Notes under the pieces: model-generated
The model's input: the letters and a program-made list of their open reading frames with translations, nothing else
What the model was told of the DNA's origin: nothing
The model's database searches: none
Made by a program: the position numbers and the translations under genes
From: Dehalococcoidia bacterium
Lineage (GTDB): Bacteria > Chloroflexota > Dehalococcoidia > Lucifugimonadales > VXLM01
DNA: 64,000 nt
NCBI GenBank assembly: GCA_963662435.1
Contig: OY759598.1
Location: 1,892,507 to 1,956,506, forward strand
Reading direction: 5' to 3'
Shown: in pieces, positions 38,958 through 49,026 of the stretch
How positions within the stretch are numbered: the first letter of the stretch is position 1
How the letters are laid out: every line of letters begins with the position of its first letter

Positions 38958-40151
38958 ATGATCACACGCGAAATCACGGGCCGGTTGACCAAGCTGTTTG
39001 CCCAGTATCCCTTCGTGACCGTAACCGGGCCGCGTCAGTCCGGCAAAACTACGCTCTGCCGCACGGCCTTCCCGAACTTGGAGTACGTCAACCTGGAAGC
39101 GCCCGATCAGCGGGACTTCGCCGAGTCCGATCCCCGTGGCTTTCTCTCGCAGCTTGGCGAGGGGGCAATCATTGACGAGGTGCAGCATGTTCCCGCCCTG
39201 TTGTCCTATCTCCAGGTTCTCGCCGACGAACGAGGGCACAATGGCCTGTTCGTGCTCACGGGCAGCGAGCAATTCAGGCTCTCGGACGCCATCAGTCAGT
39301 CCCTCGCGGGGAGGACGGCGCTGCTGCGTCTGCTGCCGTTATCTCTGACGGAACGGCGGAGCATCGGCGCAGGCGGCGCTATAGACGACATCATCCATTC
39401 GGGGTTCTATCCCCGAATTCTCGATCAGGGACTCGACCCGCGCCAAGCGCTCGGCGACTACGTGGAGACCTACGTCGAGCGCGACGTCCGGCGGCTGGGG
39501 GAGATACGCAACCTTTCGAGCTTCAGGAGATTCGTGCGCCTGTGCGCGGGGCGAGTTGGGCAGTTAGTAAACCTCAGTTCGCTGAGTTCGGATGCCGGCG
39601 TGTCGCACACCACTGTGCGAGAGTGGCTTACGGTGTTGGAGGCGAGCTACATCGTTTTCCAGCTGCAACCGTATCACGCCAATATCAGAAAGCGCCTGGT
39701 CAAGTCTCCCAAGCTGTACTTCTACGACGTGGGACTGGCCAGCTATCTCATTGGCATCGAAAACGCGCAGCAAGTGACGACACATCCCCTGCGCGGAGGG
39801 CTGTTCGAGAACATGGTCGTCATCGAGGCCCTCAAGCACCGCTTCAACAGGGGCCGCGAATCGAACCTCTCGTTCTTCCGAGACTCGAGAGGCCTGGAGT
39901 GTGACCTTTTCTATGAGACCGGTCACGGAATCCACGCCATCGAGATCAAGTCGGGCGCTACTATTGCCTCCGACTACTTCACGTCGCTCAACCGGGTTGC
40001 CGAGCTGATCCCAAGCATCTCCGCCAAGACCGTCGTATACGGCGGCGCGACGCGCCAGTCACGGACCAACGGTGAAGCCCTGCCCGCGGCTAAACTAAGT
40101 GCAGCGCTCGAACGATTTGAGTGCAATCAAGAGGTTGCGGAAGCAGGATGA
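38958..40151 (+). CDS. AAA_14 ATPase with DUF4143 (PD-(D/E)xK-like) domain
   Basis: GPRQSGKTT (Walker A), IIDEVQ (Walker B), LTGS, LAGR, KSPKLYFYDVGL, FEN.V, ECD.....AIEIKS. Confidence 0.92.
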   Translation: MITREITGRLTKLFAQYPFVTVTGPRQSGKTTLCRTAFPNLEYVNLEAPDQRDFAESDPRGFLSQLGEGAIIDEVQHVPALLSYLQVLADERGHNGLFVLTGSEQFRLSDAISQSLAGRTALLRLLPLSLTERRSIGAGGAIDDIIHSGFYPRILDQGLDPRQALGDYVETYVERDVRRLGEIRNLSSFRRFVRLCAGRVGQLVNLSSLSSDAGVSHTTVREWLTVLEASYIVFQLQPYHANIRKRLVKSPKLYFYDVGLASYLIGIENAQQVTTHPLRGGLFENMVVIEALKHRFNRGRESNLSFFRDSRGLECDLFYETGHGIHAIEIKSGATIASDYFTSLNRVAELIPSISAKTVVYGGATRQSRTNGEALPAAKLSAALERFECNQEVAEAG

Positions 40152-40152
40152 C

Positions 40153-40187
40153 TGCACAAATTGCAAGTAGTACTTTCACTTTGTGCA
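40153..40187. repeat. 35-bp palindrome, right copy
   Basis: TGCACAAATTGCAAGTAGTACTTTCACTTTGTGCA, 33/35 identical to 38901-38935. Confidence 0.95.
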
Positions 40188-40374
40188 CCCATTCAATATC
40201 TTGGTGTCCACTTCCGAACGGGTCGCCTGATGGACTCGGCCCTATTACTACGTAGCCTGAAGTAATGTCCTGATTCGTCATTCACACCATTCAAACACTA
40301 CGATGCTAGCAGGTTGCTAGCAACAAACAAAAACATACTTCAGCACACTCTTCCATGACACTCAAAGGAGATTA

Positions 40375-41139
40375 ATGAAAACTCTCTCAGAAATACGAAA
40401 CAATATCGAACATTGCCGCAACACTGACAACCTCGGCTGTATCACACTCACTGAATATCGGGACAAGGCCAATGTCGAAGGTGCAAGTCATCCCGTACTG
40501 TTTCAAACCGTTTCAAGGGCGAAGATCATGCTCATTGGAGCTGAGCCAGGCTCAATCGATGCAGACACCAGTAAGGCTGTCTACCAAAGCCTTGTTAATG
40601 CACAGTTCTCTCTAGGACACAAGAGCGCTGTTGGACTAGGAGAGATCATGATGAGAGTTGGGAAGATTAGACAGATCAACTTGCCCTTGGACATCACTCG
40701 TATTCCAATTACAGAAGATGTCCAAAACAAGCATCTGCTGGCACGAGAGCGCCTTGGTCTTCATATCACGAACCTGGTCAAGTGTCACGCACCAACCAGT
40801 TGGGAAACGGATTGTAGCAAGGATTGGCAGTTTGTCGCGAATGCATGTACTAGCAGACACTTAATGAATGAAATAGAGGCCATTGATCCTCCCATGATAA
40901 TTCTATTAGGGCAGCAAGTCCTCGACTATGTAGCGAAGAGAGAATCTTGGGCAATGAGACGAAAGGATCTCAAGATTTCGACATGGGCTGCCAATCAAGC
41001 TGGGTATCTAAGATGTTTTGGCAAGGAGAGGTTTGTTACTGCATGGGCACATCCCGGAGGTAACTACTTTTCGATACCGAAACAAGGTAAGATGCACTGG
41101 GACTTATATGCCAAACAAATTGCTGCATTTGTGCGTTGA
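40375..41139 (+). CDS. Uracil-DNA glycosylase superfamily protein (AT-rich gene)
   Basis: IMLIGAEPG, ITNLVKC, C...L..EIEAIDP.MIILLG, AHPG; AGGAG RBS. Confidence 0.7.
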   Translation: MKTLSEIRNNIEHCRNTDNLGCITLTEYRDKANVEGASHPVLFQTVSRAKIMLIGAEPGSIDADTSKAVYQSLVNAQFSLGHKSAVGLGEIMMRVGKIRQINLPLDITRIPITEDVQNKHLLARERLGLHITNLVKCHAPTSWETDCSKDWQFVANACTSRHLMNEIEAIDPPMIILLGQQVLDYVAKRESWAMRRKDLKISTWAANQAGYLRCFGKERFVTAWAHPGGNYFSIPKQGKMHWDLYAKQIAAFVR

Positions 41140-41241
41140 ATAAGTGTTGGCATGCCGAGTTGAAATATGTCAGGACGAAGAAACACCATCGCCTTACATT
41201 TCGACTCTTTGACAAAACCCCATTTCAAGGAGACCAGCCAC

Positions 41242-41994
41242 ATGACCCTCGAGGATAAGACCGCACACAACGTGACACTGCGGACGAACAACGTGCTTGC
41301 AAAGATGCGGAAGGGAGAGATCGCGTTTGGGTGTCAGTTCAATTCGCCTTCGTCGGAGCAGGTGGAACTGCTTGGGATCGCTGGGTTCGACTTCGTAATC
41401 TTCGATGGGGAGCATGGGAGCTTCACGTTGAGCGACCTTGAGGAACAGAGCCGGGTGGCGCAGATGTGCGGCCTGACGCCGGCCGGCATGGTGCCGGACG
41501 TGGAGCTGCCGACGATTCACTCATTCCTGGAGCGGGGCATCATGGGGATTCACGCGCCGAACATCACCACCGAGGAAGACGCGCGTAAGTTGGCGGAGGG
41601 CTGCCGCTACGCTCCTGAAGGACGGCGCAGCCTCTCGTTCTCCCGGGCGACACACTTCGGGTTCGGTCCTCCAAGGTCGGAGTACATGGCACACGCGAAC
41701 ACTCAGGTCTTCGTGACGGCGCTCATCGAACACGTGGACGCGCTCGACAACATTGACGGCATACTCTCGGTGGAGGGCATCGACTTCTACGGCATCGGGC
41801 CGAAGGACCTCGCCCAGTCGATGGGACTGCCCGGCCAGATGGAGCATCCCCGGGTCAAAGAATTCACTCGGCAGGTGACGGAGGCCGTCCACGCGAAGGG
41901 GAAGAAGATGTCACACGAGGTGGTGGCGGCCCACCGAGCGTCGAGGTTCTTCCTGGAAGCGGCGGTGGCGTTCAGGGAGTCGCAACTGGGTTAG
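41242..41994 (+). CDS. HpcH/HpaI aldolase family protein
   Basis: GFDFVIFDGEHG, RYAPEGRRS, IEH..A..NID.I, GPKDLAQSMG. Confidence 0.9.
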   Translation: MTLEDKTAHNVTLRTNNVLAKMRKGEIAFGCQFNSPSSEQVELLGIAGFDFVIFDGEHGSFTLSDLEEQSRVAQMCGLTPAGMVPDVELPTIHSFLERGIMGIHAPNITTEEDARKLAEGCRYAPEGRRSLSFSRATHFGFGPPRSEYMAHANTQVFVTALIEHVDALDNIDGILSVEGIDFYGIGPKDLAQSMGLPGQMEHPRVKEFTRQVTEAVHAKGKKMSHEVVAAHRASRFFLEAAVAFRESQLG

Positions 41995-42184
41995 GCGTGA
42001 CGCGCGTCCAGTACATGGACGCCCATTTCATATCGTTGCAACCCACTCTCTGGATAGACCCTGCGAGGCACTGCCCAAAGGTGCTGTTGTGCAACATCAT
42101 TTCGTTCGCCCTGAGCAGGTCGAAGGGCAATTTATAGTTCGACAGGCTCACCACGAACGGATTTCATGGACTTCGCAACGTTCC

Positions 42185-42370
42185 CTACGGGTCGCACTTC
42201 TGGCAGTAGTCGACGGGGTGACCTGTCATCTGCGCCCAGGCGATGGCCTTCGCCCTCGTGAGGAAGGGGCCCGGCCAGTCGTGCTGCACCCACATGCACT
42301 GTGACCGGTGAACTGTCGTTTTCGGGGCCGAATTCTTGCCGTTGCTGACGGGGCTGACTCGATAGCTCAT
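42185..42370 (-). CDS. Small putative zinc-binding protein (61 aa)
   Basis: VHRSQC...CQKCDP (HxxxC...CxxCxP); AGAGGA RBS. Confidence 0.55.
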   Translation of the reverse strand: MSYRVSPVSNGKNSAPKTTVHRSQCMWVQHDWPGPFLTRAKAIAWAQMTGHPVDYCQKCDP

Positions 42371-42720
42371 AGTGTCCTCTACCCTGCCTCCTCTTCTTCG
42401 TCTCCTTCTTTATAGCAAGAATGGCCGAGGGACTACCAACGAGAAAAAGGTCGCATTTTTCAGGAATCGGGTTGGAAATCGCCGCTTGCTGTTTGAGCAG
42501 TTTCACTCACGATGCGGCCGAGGACGCATTGGAAACGAGGGTCATCCGGATAGTGGGTGTTTTGGATTACCGCATTCGCGGAGTCACTCATTAAGCCTTT
42601 CCGCCTGCACAACCAGCGATGAACGTGTACGCGGAGCGGAAGAAGGCGATTCGCGAATCGCCCTTACGACAGGTTGGATGGGGGTTATTTTCAGAGGAGT
42701 GACGGTAGGTCAGACACAGG

Positions 42721-43974
42721 CTAATCCTCGCTCCCCCACTCGATGAGCGCGGACCGGAGGAGTCCGAGGGTGTACATCCCCGTACGCTGGCGGTCGGGCG
42801 CGCCTCGACCGGCGGAGTTGAAGACACGCGACTTGGAGCGCTGCCCATCGGTGACGGTCAGGTAGGTAGTCCCCTTCGCGAGATTGAGGGACATGTCTCC
42901 GGGCTCGGGCACGCCGTGAACGGCAAGCCCGATGTCCGCTCCTGAGCTGGTGCGGACGGCTTCGGCCAGCTTGCCGGTTGTGGCGGCCTGGTCCTCCATG
43001 AATTCATCGGCGTCGTTAACACCGACGCGGGAGAGCAGACGGCGGACCGATCCGAGGTTGTTGCCGATGGTGCCCTCAACGAAGCGGTCGGCGCTGGCCT
43101 CGTGGAGCTTGGAGGCGACGATGCCACTTGTGAGGTCCTCATAAACGGCAATAGTCGAGTTTGCTTGTTCCAAGAGTCTGCCCACGGAGTCCTCAAGGGT
43201 CTCCTCGTCAACGGCAAAGACGTGGTGGCCGAGAAGCTCACGGACCTGTGCCTCGACAGGGTCTATGAGCCTGTTGGCCTCCTCGATGCTCGACGCCTTG
43301 GCGGCAATGCGCACGTCGACCTGGCCGGGGTGGGCGAGGACGCCTACGGTCGGGTTGCGCGAGTTCGCGATCAGGTGACCGATGCGATCGTCCACGTTGC
43401 TTTCACCGAGGTCGCCGACCTTGAGCACGCGATAGGTCAGAGTCTCTGAGAGTTGGAACTTCTCGCGAAGGTATGGGACAACCTCGTTGTCGAAGAGCCA
43501 CTTGAGCTCGTGGGGCACGCCGGGCAGGGCGATGACGACTCCGCGGGGGTCTTCGACGATGAAGGAAGGCGCTGTGCCGTTGGGATTGTGGACGGCGATG
43601 GCGCCCTCGGGGATATCGGCCTGACGCTCGTTGTTGGGCGTCATTATGAAGCCCCGCCTGCGAAAGCGCTGCTCGATGTCCTCCAGCAGGACCGGGTCGC
43701 GGACGAGCTTTCGGCCGGCAGCTTCAGCGATGGTCTGGCGGGTGAGATCGTCCTGAGTGGGACCGAGTCCACCGCCCGTAATGACGATGTCCGATCGGCC
43801 TAACGCACGGTCGATGACCGACCTCATGCGGTCGGGGTTGTCGCCGACGATGGTCTTGTAGTAGAGGTCGACGCCTATGTTGGTGAGGCGTCTGGCCATC
43901 CATGCAGAGTTCGTGTCGACGATCTGGCCGAGCAGGAGCTCTGAACCGATGGATACGATTTCAGCGTTCGGCAT
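42721..43974 (-). CDS. cinA: CinA-family protein
   Basis: IGSELLLGQIVDTN, VGDN, TGGLGPTQDDLT, NPNGTAP, LPGVP.E. Confidence 0.92.
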   Translation of the reverse strand: MPNAEIVSIGSELLLGQIVDTNSAWMARRLTNIGVDLYYKTIVGDNPDRMRSVIDRALGRSDIVITGGGLGPTQDDLTRQTIAEAAGRKLVRDPVLLEDIEQRFRRRGFIMTPNNERQADIPEGAIAVHNPNGTAPSFIVEDPRGVVIALPGVPHELKWLFDNEVVPYLREKFQLSETLTYRVLKVGDLGESNVDDRIGHLIANSRNPTVGVLAHPGQVDVRIAAKASSIEEANRLIDPVEAQVRELLGHHVFAVDEETLEDSVGRLLEQANSTIAVYEDLTSGIVASKLHEASADRFVEGTIGNNLGSVRRLLSRVGVNDADEFMEDQAATTGKLAEAVRTSSGADIGLAVHGVPEPGDMSLNLAKGTTYLTVTDGQRSKSRVFNSAGRGAPDRQRTGMYTLGLLRSALIEWGSED

Positions 43975-44128
43975 GTGTGTTCTTCCCTCCGGTCAGCCGC
44001 GATGGATATCGTTACATGTAGTGCTTGAGCATCCAACTCGTGCTTCGACAGGCTCAGCACGAACGGGTCAATACACAGAGTACGTTCGCCCTGAGCTTGT
44101 CGAAGGGCGAGAATTCACGGGTCTAGTC

Positions 44129-44575
44129 CTAATCGGTCGATTCCCCCTCCAGGATCGCCAGGAGACCCTCGGGCACGAGGCGTCCCCTACCCGTCTTGAA
44201 GTCTTCAATGGGCTTCCAGACCGCCTTTATCAGCCCACCATCGTCTTCCTGGCCCCAGATGGGGTTGCGTTGGTACAGCGCCTCGTCCACGAAGTCGGCC
44301 TCGTAGAGCATCACGATCTCGTGGCCTGTCTCGCCGTGGACGGTGAAGATGTTCTCCAGAACGCCCAACCAGCGAACGTTTCGCACCTCCGTGTTCAACT
44401 CTTCGGACATCTCCCTGGCAGCGGCCTCGGCGCTTGTTTCCCCGAACTCGATGGTCCCGCCGAGGGGCCGGTAGAAGTGGTCTTTCTTCGCAATGTCGTA
44501 TTTCTCGAATACGAGGGTCTTGCCGTCATGTCTGACCACGCAGAGAGCGACGGGCCTGACGGAACCGCTAACCAT
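44129..44575 (-). CDS. NUDIX hydrolase
   Basis: GGTIEFGETSAEAAAREMSEEL Nudix box. Confidence 0.9.
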   Translation of the reverse strand: MVSGSVRPVALCVVRHDGKTLVFEKYDIAKKDHFYRPLGGTIEFGETSAEAAAREMSEELNTEVRNVRWLGVLENIFTVHGETGHEIVMLYEADFVDEALYQRNPIWGQEDDGGLIKAVWKPIEDFKTGRGRLVPEGLLAILEGESTD

Positions 44576-44608
44576 GGGACTCGCCTCGGTAGGTCATCAA
44601 AGTGATCG

Positions 44609-45700
44609 TCAGTCCCCGTACTTTTCGCGCAGGAGGTTGGCTCCCCTGCTGAGGGCGCTGAGCTTGAGATAGGCTTCGTCGAAGTCCATGGGGTTGACGC
44701 TGGACGGAGAGAAACCACAGTCGGGATTGAGTGTGAGTCGTTCCATCGAAACGTATTCCATCGCTGCCTCCGCACGGGCGGCGACCTCCTCCGGCGTCTC
44801 GATGTGCTGGTCGGTGTGGTCGATCACGCCGAGACCCAGCGTCTTGTTCTCAGGGAAGTCCTTGAGAACGCCGATGCCTCCCGCGTCGGGAGTGGCAAGT
44901 TCCATGGCGAAACGTTCGACGTTCATCTCCCCGAGGGCGTTGATGATGAGGTCGTATGGCCCCCTGGTGCCGTGTTGACGGTTGAAATGCGCGTGGCAGA
45001 AGTGCACGCTGAGAGGGACCGATTCGAGCCCTTCGACGGCGCGATTCATCGAGTGGACGGTCAACTCTATCTGGTGATCGACATCCGTGATGCCTTCCTT
45101 CTCCCTGTAGTCGGGGTCGACGAGAAGTCCGAGCCACGGGTCGTCGATCTGGATCATGTCCACGCCGAGAGCGGCCAACCGGAGCAGCTCCTCGTTGATG
45201 ATGGGAACACAGGCTTCTACGAACTCCTCGCGGGTCGGGTATGCTCCCGTCGAGTGGTCCGGACTCCACATCCGCCGGCCGACCGTGTAGGGCGAGGGAA
45301 TGGCGACGAGGACCTTCGATTCGGTGTGCTTGCGCATGAACTCGGCCTCGCCACCGGCCATCGACCGGCGGGTCGAAATCTCGGATGTCACGGCGGGATA
45401 CATAAGGTGAGTGAATGACGACGTGCCGCCTGACGAAACGAGGTCGTTGGTGAAGCCGTTCACCGCCTCGGTGAATACCTTGACGTAGCTCTCACGCCTC
45501 CATTCGCCGTCGGAGATGTAGTCGACTCCGGCGCGCTCCTGCATCCGGATGGCGGACGGTACCGCTGAGTCGAGGAGCCTGTCGGCATCTGCTTCGCTGA
45601 TGAGGCCTGCCTTGCGGTCCTCGATAAGGTCGCGGACCCACTGGGGTCGTGGAAGACTTCCGACAACGAAGGTCGGGAAGAGCGGGTCGGCAGGGTTCAT
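44609..45700 (-). CDS. Cobalamin-independent methionine synthase II family protein
   Basis: VGSLPRP, DGEWRR, IQIDDP, HFC, GVID, NPDCGF. Confidence 0.9.
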   Translation of the reverse strand: MNPADPLFPTFVVGSLPRPQWVRDLIEDRKAGLISEADADRLLDSAVPSAIRMQERAGVDYISDGEWRRESYVKVFTEAVNGFTNDLVSSGGTSSFTHLMYPAVTSEISTRRSMAGGEAEFMRKHTESKVLVAIPSPYTVGRRMWSPDHSTGAYPTREEFVEACVPIINEELLRLAALGVDMIQIDDPWLGLLVDPDYREKEGITDVDHQIELTVHSMNRAVEGLESVPLSVHFCHAHFNRQHGTRGPYDLIINALGEMNVERFAMELATPDAGGIGVLKDFPENKTLGLGVIDHTDQHIETPEEVAARAEAAMEYVSMERLTLNPDCGFSPSSVNPMDFDEAYLKLSALSRGANLLREKYGD

Positions 45701-45733
45701 GACGAAGTGGCCTCAGCTCGCGGAGTTGGGCTC

Positions 45734-45761
45734 ATTGTAGCTTGGGACGTTGGGGTGTCAA
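45734..45761 (-). promoter_or_regulatory. Putative sigma70 promoter of the MetE-like gene
   Basis: TTGACA, 16 nt, TACAAT on the minus strand. Confidence 0.6.
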
Positions 45762-45786
45762 GGCGTTTCCGCCGCAACCCCCTGCC

Positions 45787-46662
45787 CTAGATGACCTTGT
45801 TGAGGGGGTATTCGATGATGTCCTCGGCGCCGGCCCTGAGGAGCTTCGGCGCGAGGTCACGGACTACAGCGGGGCTGACGACCGTTTCCACCGAGAACCA
45901 GTCGGTGTTGTAGAGCCGGGCCACGGTGGGAGCCTTCATGCTGGGGAGCACCTGAACGAGCTCCTCGATGCGGTCTTCCGAGACGTTCATCTTGAGGCCT
46001 ACGAGCTTTTCACCCTGCAGGGCGCCGTTGAGGAGGAGGCCGATCTGCTCGATCTTGGCCCGCTTCACCGGGTCTTTCCACGCATTGTGGTTGGCGATCA
46101 GCTGTGGGACAGTCTCCATCAGGTCATGGATAATCGTCAGGCCGTGAGCTCGGATGGTGCTGCCGGTCTCGGTCACCTCCACGATGGCGTCGGCGAGCCC
46201 GGAAACAACCTTGGCCTCCGTCGCGCCCCACGAGAACTCAACTTCGACGTTGATGTTGCGCTCATCGAAGTAGCGCCTGGTGAACATGACCAGCTCGGTT
46301 GCAATCGTCTTGCCTTCGAGGTCCTCCAGGCTCTTGATCTTGGAGTCGTATGGGACCGCGAGGACCCACCGTGCCGGACGGGCGCTCACCTTCGAATAGA
46401 CGAGGTCGGTTACGACATGAACGTCGGAGGCATTCTCCGCTATCCAGTCCTTGCCGGTAATGCCAGCCTCGAGGGGGCCGTGTTCGACGTACCGCGCCAT
46501 CTCCTGGGCGCGGGCGATGGAGCACTCGAGCTCGTCGTCGTCGATCTGCGGAAAATAGCTCCGCGAGTTAATGTCGATCTGCCAACCCGCCCGATGAAAA
46601 AGGGCAACGGTGGCGTCCTGGAGACTTCCCTTCGGAATGCCGAGTTTTAATGGTCCTGACAC
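45787..46662 (-). CDS. hisG: ATP phosphoribosyltransferase (long form)
   Basis: [39 protein letters not shown]. Confidence 0.95.
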   Translation of the reverse strand: MSGPLKLGIPKGSLQDATVALFHRAGWQIDINSRSYFPQIDDDELECSIARAQEMARYVEHGPLEAGITGKDWIAENASDVHVVTDLVYSKVSARPARWVLAVPYDSKIKSLEDLEGKTIATELVMFTRRYFDERNINVEVEFSWGATEAKVVSGLADAIVEVTETGSTIRAHGLTIIHDLMETVPQLIANHNAWKDPVKRAKIEQIGLLLNGALQGEKLVGLKMNVSEDRIEELVQVLPSMKAPTVARLYNTDWFSVETVVSPAVVRDLAPKLLRAGAEDIIEYPLNKVI

Positions 46663-46877
46663 GCTGACGACGGCTCCTTGAATGGTATTGAGGCGTCACG
46701 GGGGACGCCTCTGAATTCAACCATCAAGTCTACCAGATTCGGGAATGGCTGAAGGGAGTGGCCGCTGGTCATGGGATAAGTTTACGGCGTGTGGCCAGGA
46801 AAGGCGCCAGGGTGACCCCATCACCGCCCCCCCGGTTACCGGCCTTCGCCGGTATGACGTTTCCACTTGGAGGTCTC

Positions 46878-47630
46878 TCAGGCTAGAGCAGGAACAGGAA
46901 ACCGGTATAGGGAGCCGATCCCCGGCAATTCGGCGGGAGCGCCGGCCAGGCGGAGGGTCCCCCAGATGGTCGCCTGCATGGCGGAAACGACGGGCTTGCC
47001 GGTGGCCTCTTCGAGGCGGGAGAGGATGTCCGATGTCCTCATGCCGGTACAGCTGATGAAGATCCCGTCAGCCTCCGGGCGGTCGACCAGCTGGACGACG
47101 AGCTCGTAGATTTCCTCTTGCGGGATGTCCTCGATGTCCCGGAGCTTGTTCAGGCCTCGAAGGTGCACGACTTCGAGTCCGTGGTCTTCGAGGAACTCCC
47201 GGAGACGTTCGTTGAGCTCATCGACGTGGGGCGAGAGCACGGTCACTCGCGAAACTCCCAGGAGTCTCAGGGACTCGACGGCCATCGTCGACGTGGTGGT
47301 GGATGGAAGACCGGTTATGCCAGTGATGCGTTCACAGATGTCGACGTCTCCCCCGGCCCCGCGGACGTAGCTGGCGGAGGTGCAACCGTAGCCGATGGCC
47401 TCGACTCCTAGGGCCGGGAGAGTGGCGGCCGTAGCCTCGATGTTGGGGTTTTCGGCCATGGCGAACAGTCGCTCACGTGTGATGGCAGGAGGAGCGTCGG
47501 CATCGTACTCCCGTGGCGTGCCGGCGATATGCCACTCTACCCCTTCAGGCACGAAGCGGGAGACCTCCTCCGCGTCACCCGGCACGGCAGGTCCGGGCCA
47601 CACGAAACCGATGGTGTGCGTTGGAGCCAT
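46878..47630 (-). CDS. Maleate isomerase/Asp-Glu racemase family protein
   Basis: YGCTSAS and ISCTG two-Cys motifs, GKPVVSA.QA. Confidence 0.88.
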   Translation of the reverse strand: MAPTHTIGFVWPGPAVPGDAEEVSRFVPEGVEWHIAGTPREYDADAPPAITRERLFAMAENPNIEATAATLPALGVEAIGYGCTSASYVRGAGGDVDICERITGITGLPSTTTSTMAVESLRLLGVSRVTVLSPHVDELNERLREFLEDHGLEVVHLRGLNKLRDIEDIPQEEIYELVVQLVDRPEADGIFISCTGMRTSDILSRLEEATGKPVVSAMQATIWGTLRLAGAPAELPGIGSLYRFPVPALA

Positions 47631-48036
47631 TGTCGACCTCCTTGTGATTGGACCTCGTTACGAGCGTCAGCAGTGGGATTATACCAATTTGCCCCGATGT
47701 TTCCCCAAAATCCCGGCCCTACAAGTGTCGGATAGCCGGTTTTTTCGAGGAATCGCGAACGTCGGTTTTCACCGGTAGCGGGAAACATGAGAATGGCGGT
47801 AGGGCGATTCGGGAATCGCCCCTACGGGAGGTTGACCGGGGCATGGATTCCGGCCTACGCGGGAATGGCGGTTTGGGGTTGGCGTTGGCAGCCAAGGGCG
47901 GGTTATGGAACGGGGCGTATTGGGCCAATTCATGGAGCCGCGTCGAGGACGTTTGAGATTCCTTGCACAACCTGTACCATATGAGGCGGTGAAGTCAGGG
48001 CTTTGCCGATGACAAAACCAACTCAAGGAGGGAAGT

Positions 48037-48960
48037 TTGGCGCGTGTGCTGGTGACGGGCGGCGCGGGATTCGTCGGGTCTCACATCGTGGACGGTCTGC
48101 TTGCGCGGGGGCACGACGTGTTGGTCGTGGACGACCTCTCCTCGGGCGCCCGATCGAACCTGTCACCCGGTGCCGAGTTCGTGGACCTTGACGTTGCTGA
48201 TGAAGCACTCGTAGGAGTAGCCAAGACGTTCCAGCCGGACGTGATATCGCAGTTCGCGGCACAGGCCTCTGTCCCGGTGTCCATGGCCAACCCGGCGCTG
48301 GACGCTCGCGTGAATATTCTCGGCGGCCTGAACGTCCTCCGGGCCGCGATGGAGACCGACTGCGAACAGGTGGTGTACCTCAACACCGGTGGAGCGCTGT
48401 ACGGCGAGCCGGAGTACCTGCCGTGCGACGAGGACCATCCAATCCGCCCCATCAGTGCATACGGGCTCAGCAAGTGGACTTCGGAATGCTACTTCCGGAC
48501 GTTGCTGCCGGACTCCATTCCGCTCAAGGTACTGCGACCTGCAAATATCTACGGCCCGAGGCAGGACCCCCACGGAGAATCGGGGGTTATCGCGATCTTT
48601 GCGCGGCGCATGCTGAAGGGAGAGCAGATTACCATCAACGGTGACGGCGAGCACACAAGGGACTACGTGTACGTCGGCGACGTCGTCGAGGCACATGATC
48701 TTGCCATGAGCCATGAAGATTCATTCGTCGCAAACATCGGGACGGGAGTGGGAACCTCAGTAAACGAGGTGTTTCGACACCTGCAGAAGGTGACGGGAAA
48801 GGACGCGCCCCCTGAGTATGGGCCGCCAAGGCCCGGCGACGTCAAGCATATCGCCCTCGAATCATCAAGGGCCAAACTGCTGTTGGGCTGGGAACCGAAA
48901 GTGGGACTTACCGAGGGCCTGGAGAAGACGGTCGCTTTCATGAGGAATGCCGATGATTAA
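48037..48960 (+). CDS. NAD-dependent epimerase (UDP-glucose 4-epimerase-like)
   Basis: VTGGAGFVGSH, YGLSK, NIYGPRQ, RDYVYVGD. Confidence 0.92.
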   Translation: MARVLVTGGAGFVGSHIVDGLLARGHDVLVVDDLSSGARSNLSPGAEFVDLDVADEALVGVAKTFQPDVISQFAAQASVPVSMANPALDARVNILGGLNVLRAAMETDCEQVVYLNTGGALYGEPEYLPCDEDHPIRPISAYGLSKWTSECYFRTLLPDSIPLKVLRPANIYGPRQDPHGESGVIAIFARRMLKGEQITINGDGEHTRDYVYVGDVVEAHDLAMSHEDSFVANIGTGVGTSVNEVFRHLQKVTGKDAPPEYGPPRPGDVKHIALESSRAKLLLGWEPKVGLTEGLEKTVAFMRNADD

Positions 48961-49026
48961 GTTTGTCGCCTGGTATGGCATGACTGTGCCCGAACGAGGC
49001 ACAAGAGCAGCCAGAGTCATCGGAGC

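Noticed and set aside
42460..42591. 43-aa minus-strand ORF (MSDSANAVIQ...)
   Set aside because: No motif, weak RBS, unsupported
45700..45787. SAM or cobalamin riboswitch before the MetE-like gene
   Set aside because: The promoter sits about 30 nt from the start codon, leaving no room and no consensus
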